Counted from the stretch's first letter, positions 1 to 13,139 are shown. The stretch: 64,000 bases of DNA from Octopus sinensis (GCF_006345805.1 NC_043011.1:52030464-52094463); one strand, 5' to 3'. The notes: generated by a model from the letters alone, not told the origin. Made by a program: numbers and translations.

Positions 1-181
1 ATTGTGAGCAGCAAGAGTCGGTCCTCCTTTCTGGTAATTTTGTAATATCAGTTCTTTGAATTTTTTGTTTTGTTTTGTTTTTTTTTTGTGTATTGTTTCC
101 GTGTGGCTTTTCTCAGTTCCTTTTTTGAAATTTAATAACAATTAAATGAATAAAAAATATACAACTTTTTTTCTTTTACAG

Positions 182-232
182 ATCAAAAAGGTTGTTCAGC
201 AACTGGAACCAACCCCAGAGCTGTTGCATCGT
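182..232 (+). CDS. VPS41: VPS41 internal exon (IKKVVQQLEPTPELLHR); gene begins upstream of the window
   Basis: Polypyrimidine tract and AG at 180-181, GTAAGT donor at 233. Phase 0/0. Resembles the IKKVVEELEDRPELQHV segment of vertebrate VPS41. Confidence 0.85.
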
Positions 233-760
233 GTAAGTATAGACAGTGTTGGTGTTTGTGTGTCAGACTTAATCCAGCAAACTTATAATCAGGGGCATTC
301 CAGTTATGACCTCCCACTTGCTTTTATGGGACATAGTGTATTTTAGAAGTGTTATCTAATCTATCCTTGTTTCCTTACTAAGCTGGCAATGTTATTTGAA
401 GGAGATTTGGCTGTTATTTCTGGCAGTTCGTTTGCTGCCTCATTGAATTCAGCCCAATATCAGCCCCAAATCAAAAGGACCTATGATCAAGGACATTTCA
501 GTCGTGACCATCCTGTCATCTTTTTCAAACATAGTGTATATAGATATACATTTTCTAATGTGTGCTTCATTTCTTAAATTGTAGAGGGTGATTTGAGGGA
601 GATTTTACTACTCATTGCATAGAGGCTTCCACATTATACTATTTGCTTTAAGTATTTTCTGCTACATTCCTCAGTTAATGCTGATCTATATGTCAGTAGC
701 ATTCATTGACTCCCTTTTATGCACTATTCTATTCTAATTTTTTTTCTTTCTCCACTGCAG

Positions 761-953
761 TACCTTGACAAATTGTTCCAAAAGGATCCTCACTTGGGCC
801 AGGAATACCATGCAATGCAAATAAAATTATATGCAGAGTACGACAGAGAGAAGTTGCTGCCTTTACTCAAGAACAGCACACACTGCCCTCTGCAGGCAGC
901 CCTTGAGGAATGCCGCATTCGGAACTTCTTACCAGAACAAGTCTTCCTTCTGA
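761..953 (+). CDS. VPS41: VPS41 exon, clathrin-heavy-chain-repeat region (YLDKLFQKD...LYAEYDREKLLPLLKNSTHCPLQAALEEC...VFLL)
   Basis: CAG acceptor at 758-760, GTAAGT at 954. LYAEYD and STHCPL motifs typical of VPS41. Confidence 0.95.
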
Positions 954-1027
954 GTAAGTAGCATTTCAGTTACACAGTGTAGCTTCTATCTCAGGATGGC
1001 ATCGAAGTATTTTCTCTGCAAATGTAT

Positions 1028-1170
1028 TATCATCATCATCATCGTTTAGCATCCACTTTCCATGCTGGCATGGGTTGGATGGTTCGACTGGGGTCTGGGA
1101 AGCCAGAAGGCTGCACCAGGCCCGGTCTGATCTGGCAGTGTTTCTACAGCTGGATGCCCTTCCTAACGTA
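1028..1170 (-). mobile_element. Truncated copy of (GAT)n-tailed short retroposon (family C)
   Basis: catcatcatcgtttagcatcc...ctggatgcccttcctaacg, shared with 2700, 9588, 27423, 29790 and 35155. Confidence 0.75.
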
Positions 1171-2534
1171 TGTGTGTGTGAAAGAGAGATTGGGTTTAGA
1201 TCTAGAGAAATAGCATTGGGCAGAGGATTGTCATGTTAATATACTATGTTAAACTCATTTCTACACTAACACAGTTCTGGTAATGGTTCTTTGCGGCTTT
1301 ACTTTCTATCAGTTAATAAATATAGGGAATTGTGTAATTTTGTGTCTTTCAACTAAAAACAAAAGTGGAGCTGTGACAGGTGGTCTTGGTGATGGTGTCT
1401 ATAGAGGTTTCAGCTGTGCTGACGGTTATGTTGAATCCCAGGACAGCCCTGACCAAACAGATTTATTATCAAAGGCATACCAGCCATAATCATCCCATCC
1501 TTTCACACATCAGAGACTACATTGTCCAATATGTCCTTCATTCTTTTTGAAGACAGTAAGGTGTGATTTCAGTGAATTTTGGTTGCTATTCCTAGGAGAT
1601 CAAGCAACCATGCAGAAGCACTTTTATTGGCTCAGTGATGTGACTGACGACTGTAATGACTTTTGTAATGAGAATAATGATGATGATCGTGATGATAGAG
1701 GCAGTGTATGTATGTATGTATGTGTTGAAAGGTGGGAAGATGAACACTGGAGATGATACAACCATCTGTACAGTTATATCTGGTAACTGTAATGGAAGTA
1801 TTATAGTAACATACTTGGGTTAGTCAACCAAAATTTTGTTTTGTGTGTGTCTGTGCAATTAGACTGTTTTTCCTCGATTCTTGTTTACATAATAGCATGT
1901 TTCATGAATATATTTCTAATTGAATTTATGGGGTGTTCCTAATTAAAGTATCTCATCTACTATGTGGGATGAAACTGGCTCCTCTGTTCTACTCTAAAAT
2001 TGTCGATCTGGAAATAGTTCAGGACCCACTAACCTGTGATATACGGGCAACATTAATGAAAACTAGCAATTGTGTTAACAGAATTGGCATAATAGATATT
2101 CTTCATGGAAAGAACTTGCAGAAGAAGAAAACTGAGGAAGATATTGTAATGTATGATCTCAAGATGTTGAATCACACAAAAGAGATGAAGAATCACAAGT
2201 GCTGGAACAGATCCATATAATCAATGTCAGTCAGGGAAAATGGACGTAGAATATTGATAATGGATAATAGATATGGTCTATACACATTAATGTGGACAGT
2301 AGACCTGCTTTGTAGGTATTGAATAGGCAAACGCAACTGGTAAATTAATTGTTGTTATCAAAATGCTCTTTTTGGTAGTATGCTCTCTATCATAAAATAG
2401 AGAAGGTTGCTTACTACTTATGTATTGTCTTTCTGCCAGCATCATCATCTGCTATGTTTTCTGAAGATGGGCTATCTACCTGTTTTCTACCTACCCAGGT
2501 ACATGTTTTATTGAGTTGTTCGTTTCCCTTTCAG

Positions 2535-2675
2535 ATAAAATGGGTGACACAAAAGGAGCATTACATGTGATAATGGAGCTGCAGAACAATGTCCAGAAAG
2601 CCATAGATTTCTGTAAAGAACACAATGACAAGGAACTGTGGGATGACTTGATAACTTTCTCCATCAACAAACCAG
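2535..2675 (+). CDS. VPS41: VPS41 exon (KMGDTKGALHVIMELQNNVQKAIDFCKEHNDKELWDDLITFSINKP)
   Basis: TTTCAG acceptor, GTAAC donor at 2676. Phase 1/1 continuity. KAIxFxKE and LWxDLI motifs. Confidence 0.95.
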
Positions 2676-2699
2676 GTAACTATCCAGTCTTATCTGACA

Positions 2700-3095
2700 C
2701 ATCGTCGTTTAACATCCGCTTTCCATGCTGGCTTGGATTGGACAGTTTGACTGAGAACTAGCAAGCCGGGAGGCTGCACCAGCTACCAATCTGATTTGGC
2801 AAGGTTTCTACAGCTGGATGCCCTTCCTACTGTCAACCACTCAGAGAGTGTAGTGGGTAATTTTACGTACCACTGGCACAGGAGCCAGTCAGATGGCACT
2901 GGCATCGGTCATGCTTGAATGGTGCTTTTTATGTGTCACTGGCATCAGCCACACTTGAATGGTACATTTTACATGTCACCAGTACAGGTGCCAGTCAGGC
3001 GGCACTGGCATTGGCCACAACTCAAATAATGCTTTTTATGTGCCACCGGCACAGGTGCCAATTAGGCAGCACTGTCATCAGCCACAACTACGATT
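2700..3095 (-). mobile_element. Family C retroposon, diverged, with internal tandem subrepeats
   Basis: Same tail and repeated gtgccaccggcac units, with many CpG-to-TpG changes. Confidence 0.7.
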
Positions 3096-3941
3096 TCACT
3101 CGATTACAATTTCACATACATACATACGCACATATACATGATGGCTGCAACATGATTTCAAGTAATGCCATCGCTTGATTGTTCTCTTAAACATAAGCAG
3201 CACAGACATGTCTTTTCACTCCTGTTAGTGACCTACAATACTCTGATGGAGCACCTCTTACAGCAGGTGTTCAGAGGGTTTACCACTCACACTGACACAT
3301 ACCTTCATTCTATCATGGAATTATTCATTGAATGTTTTGCCTTCCTCAGCTATGGCCAGCCAGAGCATGTAACACACCATAGAGATGTTAAAAAAATACA
3401 AGCAAAGCTTGTGCCTCAAGCTTTTTGACCATTAGCACTCTTGAGCTGCAGGTGCATTGTGTTGCATTGGGAGGGGAGAAAACTCACACAGTGACTTGAT
3501 GCACTTACAGCATGCTAAAGGTTAAAGTGAGGCAAGACCTTACACAGGGCCAATCACATTCTTTAAACAAAGTATGCATTTGCCCAAACAAAAAGAAGCA
3601 GTAGTGTACATCATTGGATGCAAACTAAGTACAGGTGCTACATTAGAGTTTTCCTTTTCCTACAGATGTCTAAACAAAGACTAGATGCCTCTCACCCCTA
3701 GCTTTAGGATGGCCATTGACTTTACTAAACTCATTTGCCCTTTGACAGGTTCTGCTTTTCATTCTGCAGAGTCTGCAATGAAAACCATCCTTTTTATCAA
3801 ACAGGCATAATAAGATTACCAGTTTAGTTGCAAAATGACCTGACCATGCAACAGATGGTGCTGGATTATATTTTAATTGTAGCTCTAAAAGTGACCCAGT
3901 ATAATGTAAATACTTACATGCATGTATGTATATATATATAT

Positions 3942-3977
<36 letters not shown>

Positions 3978-5446
3978 TATACACACATACACACACACAC
4001 ATACGGAAATACCTATATTCATTTGTTTTCATGTCCATTTTTCCATGCTAATATGGGTTAGACAAATGCATATTATTGAGGCATTGTTGTACAGATGGAT
4101 GCCCTTCATGTTGCTAATTCTTACAAGTTTTTCAAGTAAAGAATTTTTTACTTTACTGTCTTCAAAAGCACACAGCTTACAGATTGGTTTATTGACAAGG
4201 ACTGTAAACATTTTCACACAGACACACACACACACACACACAACACACACATGCACACACATTACAGGCTTTCAATCAGTTTACATCTACCAATTCTCCA
4301 TTTATAAGGCATTGGTCACCCGGCACTGTAGGACCTGTGGAAGGTGCTTCACAGTAAAATAAAACTCATGACCACATGGTTACAAATCAAACTCTGTATT
4401 TAAACATATGCACACACACAAACAAGGAACTGTAGGATAACCTGTTGACATTCTCTTTCAATAACTATATAGCTTTTAAGTTGCATACCTACATGTATTT
4501 ATATATTCACAAAAGATGTGGAATATCCTGAGATATCCTGACAACCTTCTGTTCTAATAAATCAGTTTCTTTACAACTTTCAGGTTATACGTACATACAT
4601 CTGCATTCTCATGCACTCACATGTATATACAAACAAATTTGCATGCAGACACACACACGCACACGTGCACACATGTGCACATGCACATTTTCTCTTCTCT
4701 GGGTTTTTAAAGAGTAGCCTCCCACTCTTTGTTTTCTGAGTTTACAACCCTGTTCTATGACTCACCATGGCAACCACTCTTCTCTGACTGGGTCACCATG
4801 ACAACTGTCACAACCAGTTCCTCTCTGAGCTTACCATATGCAGCATACTTTCAATGTGTAGCTGTGGCACCTCAGTCCTCCTGTCAACCATCCCACACCT
4901 GCCACTTCACATCAGTAAACTGCAGCCCATCAAGCACATCTGGAACCACTACCAACTCAGCATATCACCAGCCAATTACGATAACCGCAATACTACTCTA
5001 ACCATTGCACCACCATACCACTCTGTCATCACACCACCACATCACACAGTCACTAAACCACACCATGCTGCCACAGTTACTAACATCACCACACCACACA
5101 GCTTCTACACTACACCATCATCATCATCATAAGTCCGTTTTCCATACTGGCATGAGTTGAACGGTTTGACAGGAGCTGACCAGCTGAAGGGCTGTTCGGG
5201 CTCCCTGTCTATTTCAGCATGGTTTCTATGACTGGATGCCCTTCTTAGTTCCAGCCATATTGCTTTATTCACTACACTGCTACCAGTCGCTATGATGCTA
5301 TGATGTTGTCATGGTTACCACATTACAGCCACTATATGACCTTAAAACCACCATAACATGTCACACCTCAGATCCTGACCAACACACACAAAACAAAAGG
5401 TTACTCTACCTCTGTGCCAAAACCCTTGTCTACAACCCCTTCCACT

Positions 5447-5657
5447 TATGATGAGGTGCTGCAAAGTTCCTGGCTTTGAGTAAAACAAAATACAGGAGGA
5501 CCAGTTAATTATGATTTTATTCAACATATTCCATTCTCACATTCCTACACTTATTGCAGCAGTCCTTCAGTTTTTCTAAGCCCTGTAAAAGAACTCAGAA
5601 GGTTAGGTCTCCAACCGATACCCTTTAAAGCCAGAAGCTTTTCTGCACCTCCTCATA
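5447..5657. mobile_element. Mariner-type MITE
   Basis: Imperfect terminal inverted repeats tatgatgaggtgctgcaaagttcctggcttt / aaagccagaagcttttctgcacctcctcata with TA ends. Confidence 0.65.
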
Positions 5658-5743
5658 TGCTTACTCCTCCCTGCAACAGGGACCAGCTCGTTTATCTTTT
5701 GATCCCTACCACTGAAGTATCAAACATCTATATCTGTCACCAG

Positions 5744-5880
5744 GATTCATCACAGGCCTTCTGCAGAACATAGGAACCCATGTTGATCCTATTATCCTAA
5801 TCAAACGGATACAGAATGGTATGCAGATCCCAAAACTGCGGGATTCACTCGTCAAGATCCTGCAGGATTACCAGATTCAG
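5744..5880 (+). CDS. VPS41: VPS41 exon (FITGLLQNIGTHVDPIILIKRIQNGMQIPKLRDSLVKILQDYQIQ); absent from the ORF track
   Basis: CAG at 5741-5743, GTAAAG at 5881. Translated by hand; closely matches the conserved FITGLLxNIGTHVDP...LRDSLVKILQDY segment. Confidence 0.95.
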
Positions 5881-6359
5881 GTAAAGTAGTGTTTCTTATT
5901 TAGAATGGTTTGATGGTGTGTAGTGGAAGCAGTAATGTGTGGTGGTGTAATGTGTAATAGTGTTGTTGTGTGTAGTGGAGGTAGTAGTATGTTGTGGTAT
6001 GTAGTTGTGCAGTGTATATGAGTGTGGTGTAGTAGAAGTAGTTATGTTATCTGGTGGTGGTAATGGTGTAATGTGTACTAGTGTGGTGTTTGGTGGTGTT
6101 GTGTGATGGTTGTAGGGTGTTGTAGCATGCAGTAGAGGTAATGGTGATAATTGTTTATGCTGTAGACTTTCCAGCCATGACCCTCCCACATGCTTATATA
6201 TCTAGGATCACACTAACCAGTGTGTCCATCCCTTTTTTATGAAGATGCTCAGATGTGATTTAAGGGTGATTCAACTGTTATTTCTAACAGGCTATAGTCA
6301 CTTTCTTATTGGCTGTTGATAGTGGTGTTTGGATATTTAGTAGAGGTGGTGGTAATGTT

Positions 6360-6428
<69 letters not shown>

Positions 6429-6635
6429 AAAAAATAAGTTCAAAAAGAACAATTCAAACTTTTTGAGAGATCCAAAAAGAGAGAAAAAATGATTTCTAAT
6501 AAAGATTCATCATATTCATAAAAAACAGCCAGAGCAAGTTATAAGAATATGAAAATAATAGTTGAAAAATATTGTTATAAGTATAACATTGTCTCTATAT
6601 ACAAGTTGTTATTGTTGTGCCTCTTATTATTGCAG

Positions 6636-6735
6636 ATTGCCCTGCTGGAAGGTTGTCAGAAGATCCTTGTCAAAGACAGTTATAGTTTACTGACAAAACA
6701 AATCAAGACTCGACAGCGAGGATATATGATTGATT
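6636..6735 (+). CDS. VPS41: VPS41 exon (IALLEGCQKILVKDSYSLLTKQIKTRQRGYMID)
   Basis: TTGCAG acceptor, GTAAGT at 6736. EGCxKILVxD motif. Confidence 0.93.
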
Positions 6736-6829
6736 GTAAGTAGAATCATAGCACTACTTTAAGATATCTCTCTTTTTTAACATCTGTCTTTCCCTAGGAG
6801 CTTGCAAGCCTGCAGCATTCTACATTTAA

Positions 6830-7255
6830 TAATAATAATAATGAACTTATTGTATACAGTGCTAAAGTGCACTACAGTTCATCAGAAAAAGAAACCAAAA
6901 CTGCCTGAACAGTACATAGAATATGCACAGCAAGTGAACAGTAAATAAGTCTTTAAAAACAGGGATGGGAGGCATCAGGTGTACTGTTAGCAGATTTGAG
7001 AAAGCATGGAAATTTTGAAGGTTGTCGTGTCCTGACAGCTAACAACTGATGCAGGTAGTTTATTCCATGCTTCAGCAATTCTGAGTGTGAAAAGATGTTT
7101 CAGAAAGCCATGGGTGCTGTGCTGTTCTTTTGATTTTGTAAACATGTCCATGAGTGTTAGACACATGGAATTCAAAAAGGTGCCCAAGGTTGTTGTTGGG
7201 AAGATGGTGGATAATTTTGCGGGAGTCTACTTTTTTGCTACAGAAATTAGAAACA
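6830..7255 (-). mobile_element. CR1/L2-type LINE 3' fragment
   Basis: Minus-strand peptide FTLRIAEAWNKLPASVVS is typical of a CR1 ORF2 C-terminus. (ATT)n tail; the same tail occurs at about 40330 and 48720. Confidence 0.7.
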
Positions 7256-7554
7256 GGCCATTAAGCAGGACTTGAAACATTTCTAATATCTAAATTTAGC
7301 TGAAGGAATGATAGATGCTCTGCAGTGTAAATTAGTATTGTAGCCATCTTTCAAATGACAGGTATGTGGGTCAGTGGATAGATATGCAGGTCAACTGATA
7401 GATATGTGACCCCAAGTGATAGTTATGTGGATTCATATCTTGTTAATGTGTCTGTTGTTTCTTTTTTTATATGAAATTAAATTATATAATGTCTTAAACT
7501 CATTTAATTTACAGTTTTATTAACACTTCATACATGATATAGGTTCTATTTCAG

Positions 7555-7599
7555 ACGGGCAAAAATGTGGTATCTGTGAGAAACCTGTAATTGAAAACG
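7555..7599 (+). CDS. VPS41: VPS41 45-nt exon (YGQKCGICEKPVIEN), first CxxC of the RING-H2
   Basis: TTTCAG acceptor, GTAAGT at 7600. Phase 1/1 fits the neighbouring exons. Confidence 0.88.
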
Positions 7600-9454
7600 G
7601 TAAGTGAAATAAACTACTTCTTCATGTAACCTACTGACCTTTTAAGTGGTGGTATTGGTGGAGGAGTTCTATCATAGACTCTTGTGAGTTTGTTCTCTGC
7701 TCTTAGCCACCTCCCAAGGAACAAAGTTGCTCACTTAACTGTCGGGATTGTTTGATGTTAATGCTATTATAGTTCTCCAGGTCAGCTCTGATCCACAGAT
7801 AGATTTACTGTCAAAGATGTTCCAACCATGATCATCAGGTTTTCGTTTTTTTTCCTTCACACAGTTTATCCAAGATCACATGATCCAATTTGTCTATCTA
7901 TTTTATTTAAGACATAAGGTGTGATTTAAGGGGGATTCTAGCAGGCTAAGTGCCTGTATTAGCATCCTCATCATTCACTCATCTGGAAGCTTATAATCAG
8001 TTTATTTATTGAGATAGGTGATAAATTCAGAGGAGCACCTAATGACATACCTTGCTGTATTTACTTATGTCCCTTTATCATCTGAGTTCAAATCCTACCA
8101 AAATCAGGTTTTCACTGTCATGACTTCCAAATAGAGGCAATTCACTTGACTTGGCTTCTCCCCAATTAATGTGTGGTCTTGTGCAATGAAGACTAGAAAC
8201 TACTGCTGCTGCTACGTTCCTTTACATTTGAGTTCATATCCTGCTTGAGTTTAACTTAACCGTTTATTTTTCTGCAGTCAGCTAAATCCTCTATGCTTCT
8301 GTCTGTTAAGATTATGAACATCTAAAGTGTTGAGTATTTACAAGGATTGTCTTAGGTGAGGGACAGATGTTGTTACAATCAACTGTGTCTCTCACACACC
8401 TGTACCAGGAAAGCAGTAATCATTGCAGCAAGTAGAGTGATGTGTCTTGCTTAAGACTACCGCACTGGTTACACAAGTCAACAAAAAGCTTCTATGTGGC
8501 TGTTTGTCCTCCTAGAAATAGAAGCAAAAATTTCCCTCAAACCACACATTTTATTACTTAAATGTAAAAGACAATGTTGGATAATGTAGTCCAGGATAAA
8601 TACTATACCTGAGTGAGATGGGATGGTCATGGCTAGAATGATTTTAAGCATAGTTCTGTTTGATCATGAACATCCTGTTTATTAGAAGGGTGGTACTGGT
8701 AATGGGAGGAGAGGAATTATTGTAGATAATAGTTACTTTTTTATGAATGAAGGCATGTCCAAGTGGTTAACAAATTCGCTCCACAAACATGTGGTTATGG
8801 GTTCAATCCCATTACGTGCTGTCTTGAGCAAGTGTCTTCATCATCCTCACCCAATCACAATACTCTGCCTTTTTTTGCTTCTGATATTGACAAAACAATT
8901 ATCAGACAAAGTCAACCTAAGCATAAAGGGTCGTAACCAGAATAATAACAGGTAAACAAAATAGAGTGAAGGCCCATAGCCTAGATATTGGTGTCCACAA
9001 TCATTTGGTCAGGGACAGGTGGTGCATTGTATTCTTGACCAAGGCACTTTGTTTCACATTGCGCCAGTCCCTTCAACTGAAAATGACTGCCAACAACAAC
9101 AACAACAGTAAGGGTTAACCCCAAAACAGTTTAGTGTTCTATTCAGGGCAGAGGTTGTGTACTTTCAGTCTCAACATGCTCCTGTATCATCATAACTTTG
9201 TAGGCTTGAGGAAAGTTGACTATTTATGATTAGCCTCGCCTAAGATCTGTCTGTAAGCAGAAGTGCAAGAGGGTAGAGCTGTAGGATGGGAAAGGAAGCA
9301 GGGTATTGTGTCTATTGTTTTGGCCTAAGTCTACACCAGAGTGTTGATTGTAACAGGGAGGAAATGTAAGGAATTGGATTGGTAATGGCAGGTGAGTGAA
9401 AGACCGATCTTTCTATTTTACTGTCTAATGTCTGCTGTTGTTGACATGTTTTAG

Positions 9455-9534
9455 ATCAAAGATGTGCTCAAGATTTGTACATTTTCTTCTGCCGCCACTC
9501 TTTCCACCGTGACTGTATGGAGGGGAATGGATCG
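9455..9534 (+). CDS. VPS41: VPS41 exon (DQRCAQDLYIFFCRHSFHRDCMEGNGS), CxHxxHxxC of the RING-H2
   Basis: TTTTAG acceptor, GTAAGT at 9535. CRHxFHxxC motif. Confidence 0.92.
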
Positions 9535-9587
9535 GTAAGTACTCTCTCTTTTTCTCACCCACTTTACTATGTATTTGTCTGTGTGTA

Positions 9588-9915
9588 TCATCATCATCAT
9601 CATCATCATCATTTAGCGTCCGCTTTCCATGCTAGCATGGGTTGGACGGTTCAACTGGGGTCTGTGAAGCCAGAAGGCTGCATCAGGCCCAGTCTGATCT
9701 GGCAGTGTTTCTACGGCTGGATGCCCTTCCTAACGCCAACCACTCCGTGAGTGTAGTGGGTGCTTTTTACATGCCACCCGCACAGGTGCCAGACGGAGCT
9801 GGCAAACGGCCACGGACGGATGGTGCTTTTTACGTGCCACCGGCACGGGGGCCAGGCGAGGCTGGCAACGGCCACGAACGGATGGTGCTTTTACGTGCCA
9901 CCGGCACGGGGGCCA
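9588..9915 (-). mobile_element. Family C retroposon, young CpG-rich copy
   Basis: (CAT)n tail plus three internal subrepeats of about 55-58 bp. Confidence 0.8.
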
Positions 9916-10183
9916 AATATATATACATCTACTAGTATTTTCCCATGGATAATCTTAATGAGATTTTTACCTACCATTCATTGCACTGCTCTGACGTTTT
10001 TTTTTTAATGAATACAATCCCATCCACTCCTTATTAAAATGTGTGTGTAAAAAACTTCCTTTGACCCTTTCAAAAATTCATTCTGACTTCACATTAACAC
10101 ACACACACCATGTGTCAAATAACTGCTTTTGATCCTTACAAAAATCAACCCTGAATGTTTGTCTTTTTTTTTTCTCTTTCCAG

Positions 10184-10231
10184 ATCTCTTGTTTTATATG
10201 TAATTCAGGGCCAGCTGTATCACAAAAATAA
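10184..10231 (+). CDS. VPS41: VPS41 terminal coding exon (ISCFICNSGPAVSQK*)
   Basis: Long polypyrimidine tract and CAG at 10181-10183. Supplies the final CxxC. TAA at 10229-10231. Confidence 0.88.
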   Translation: MSCFICNSGPAVSQK

Positions 10232-10315
10232 ACAAGAATGGACCAAAAGGTTGAGGATCAAGGCCAGCAACAACCGCAACAACAACAACAACCAACGCAT
10301 CGAGTAATACAGTTC

Positions 10316-10321
10316 AATAAA
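10316..10321 (+). terminator. Candidate polyadenylation signal of VPS41 (AATAAA); alternative at 11260-11265
   Basis: Canonical hexamer about 85 nt after the stop codon. Confidence 0.45.
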
Positions 10322-11721
10322 ATGTCTAATTCTGCTGTTAGAGGTAAATGTTAAACAACAATGTATTGTCTGCCTAGCGACTGGACTGATTATCTACTCA
10401 TGCTGTATTCACATGTAAACATGTTTTGTTTTGGAGAGGACAAAGAGGCGGGTGGGTCACAAAAGATTTTTAAGAAATGGGTAGACATTGTGATATCTTT
10501 AGTGTTGTTGGGTTTGACACAATACACCCATTGTTGACCCTTGTGATACTTCAATAATGGGATGGGTTTACATAACGCATTCTTGTTAACCCTAAAAATC
10601 AAGGTCGCCTTATTGACCTACCAGTAAGATTATGCCAAGCTGACTTCTTAATACTGCACTTTTGACTAACTTACTCCACCATGTGAAATTTCTATGAATT
10701 TAATGTCAATCCATGTCATTCCCACTGCTTATATAGTCGACCAGTAATGATCCCTATATATATATCAAGCCACTAAAAGAAGTTCTGTTAACCCATGTAA
10801 TTCCTCCAATGTTTATTACAGAAAATCTTCATGATTACTATATATATATCAGGCCTCTAAAACAGCTCTCCATTAACCCATGTGATCCCTCTATGTTTAC
10901 ACATTTGGCCTGTATGATCCCTATATACTACACAATCCCTAAAATAATTCGCTGGTGACCCAGCCAATCCTTTGAGAGTCAGCTTGCTACTAATATTGCC
11001 CATGGATAGTCTTAATGAGTTTTTACCTACCATTCATCGAACTGCTCTGACAGTTTTTAAGGTTTTTTTTTAATGAACACAATCCCATCCACTCCTTATC
11101 AAAATATGAATTCCACCCTACAACATAATGAAACTACTTATTCTCCTTTCATTAGAAAAAACATCTTTAACACTCTCTCTCTCTCTCCCCTCTATATTAC
11201 CTGTTGGTTAAAAAGTTCAAATTGTTAAAATTTCTGAACTTCAAGCTGGAAATTTAAACAATAAAAATTTTTGAAGAAAATGAATTTTCCAAACATTGTT
11301 TTGTTTTGTTGTTTTTTTTTCTCTCCTCCACTCTTTTGCCAATATTTGCCATTCATGGAATTGTTAATTGGCACATAAAATATTTGAATTATTTTCTTTT
11401 AAAGCTTTGATTATCTCCCTTGCATTGAGCCGGACCTAAGGTGAGCTGTTTTCCAGTAAAAGGGACTGAGACAATTAGTGTCTTGTCCCCAGATACAATG
11501 ATTCCGTTGAACTATATGTTATCAATGTCCAGCTCTGATTACAGACATTTCAAGACTCTACATCTTTGATGTTTTTCTTCATTTTAGATCCACTGTAGTA
11601 CAGTATTACTACTATGACCTTAACCACCTCTACACAATACCACTTAGTGTCTGTGGTACACATATCTACATCCTCAGTATTACTTTCTTGTCAAAAACAA
11701 CAAAATAATGGAATTTCAGTT

Positions 11722-11727
11722 TTTATT
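11722..11727 (-). terminator. Candidate polyadenylation signal of TMEM9
   Basis: TTTATT on + (AATAAA on -), at the end of a roughly 1.2 kb transposon-free stretch after the TMEM9 stop. Confidence 0.45.
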
Positions 11728-12935
11728 CAATATATATATATAATAATAATTTTAACATATTAACACAATTTCATCTTCAGATAAAATATTGTTCCTTTGA
11801 AGAATTTGTTTCATAATAATTAATTATAACATTTGGAATTTTTTTTTTGACAATAACTGTTTCATGTTTCACAAACATTGGCAAAAATTTGGACGCAAAC
11901 ACACATATAATGGTTATAAAACACGGAAGAGGACCAGGCACCCAGCTACACACTGCTCTTAACTAATGGAAGCCTCTGTACAAACAGTTAAAACTAAGAG
12001 AATAAATCCAATCCTCAGTTACGAGGAAATATTTAAAGCCTCCACTTCTCATTCACTCTCCTTAGTTATTTCTATTATTTACAAATTGATATTTCAGTGA
12101 CAGGTTTAAGTTCACACGTTCACACATGCATCCAACTTCTCAGTTTTACATTCATCCGTTATTTTCTCTCAAACTCACTCGGACCTACTTTGAATTCCAT
12201 CCAAACACAGGATACAAGACTTTTACAATAATATTAATGTGGGGGGGATTTGTTGCAATGAAAGAAGGGGAAAAGTGAGTAAATACTGTTATTATTCATC
12301 ACCTATATCTTAATATTATGCATCAATACATAAAAATATACTGAAGTATTTCAGATATATCACTAATATTGTAGAAAGAGGTACAAAGATCTCAGTTTTG
12401 GTAAATTGTTAGATTAAAGCTGTCATTTAGTGTAACATAAAATATATTAATTAATTAATAAGTTAAATAATGAAACATAACATACTTCATTTGCAGAAAA
12501 TGGACATAAAATTATATATCTTTGTATATACAATAATGCTTGTTGTTTACCCTCCTTTCCGACTGCGTAAGTTACTATCATAGTTTTGTATGAGATTGAT
12601 GAGGTGACATGGGATGGGGGAAGGAGTTGGTTGGATGCGACTAGACAGGCAACACTGATTCATGAAACATGAAAACAAAAGAGAACAGTAGGAAGCTGAG
12701 TATCAGCAATGAGGAAGAGAGAGATGAGAGGGACACCACAACAAGCTCTTCACTAAATACACACACACACACACACCTCATTAACACGGCCAACAGGTCA
12801 ATCTAACACATGCACACAACCACAAACCCCAAGCAGCCTCTATCTCCTCCTCCACCATACAGCTGACCAATGGACAGCAGAGTGAGATGTTTATAGGGAG
12901 GAGAAAGAGAGAGAGAGTGAGACAGGGTAGTGGTT

Positions 12936-13139
12936 TCAATTCAACATGGAATGACGGTCATAGATGTTACGTCTCTGCTCCTGCACAGTGCCTTTCCACT
13001 TCTTCTGCTCGTCACTGACTCTGTTGAGAATGGAGCGCTGTCTGCCAAGCTGTGCGGCTAGTGGCGGTGGTGGTGGAGGTGGTGGTGCAACAAGCTCTGG
13101 TGTTACACTGCTGGGTGCTGGAGGTAATGTCTGCTCATC
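12936..13139 (-). CDS. TMEM9: TMEM9-family terminal exon (DEQTL...PPPPPPPP...SILNRVSDEQKKWKGTVQEQRRNIYDRHSMLN*)
   Basis: AAG acceptor after a pyrimidine tract. The C-terminal WKxxVQEQRxxxxDRHxML motif is diagnostic of TMEM9/TMEM9B. Confidence 0.93.
   Translation of the reverse strand, partial: DEQTLPPAPSSVTPELVAPPPPPPPPLAAQLGRQRSILNRVSDEQKKWKGTVQEQRRNIYDRHSMLN

Noticed and set aside
1-33. Additional VPS41 exon at the window edge (GT at 34)
   Set aside because: No frame resembles the VPS41 segment expected just upstream of IKKVV.
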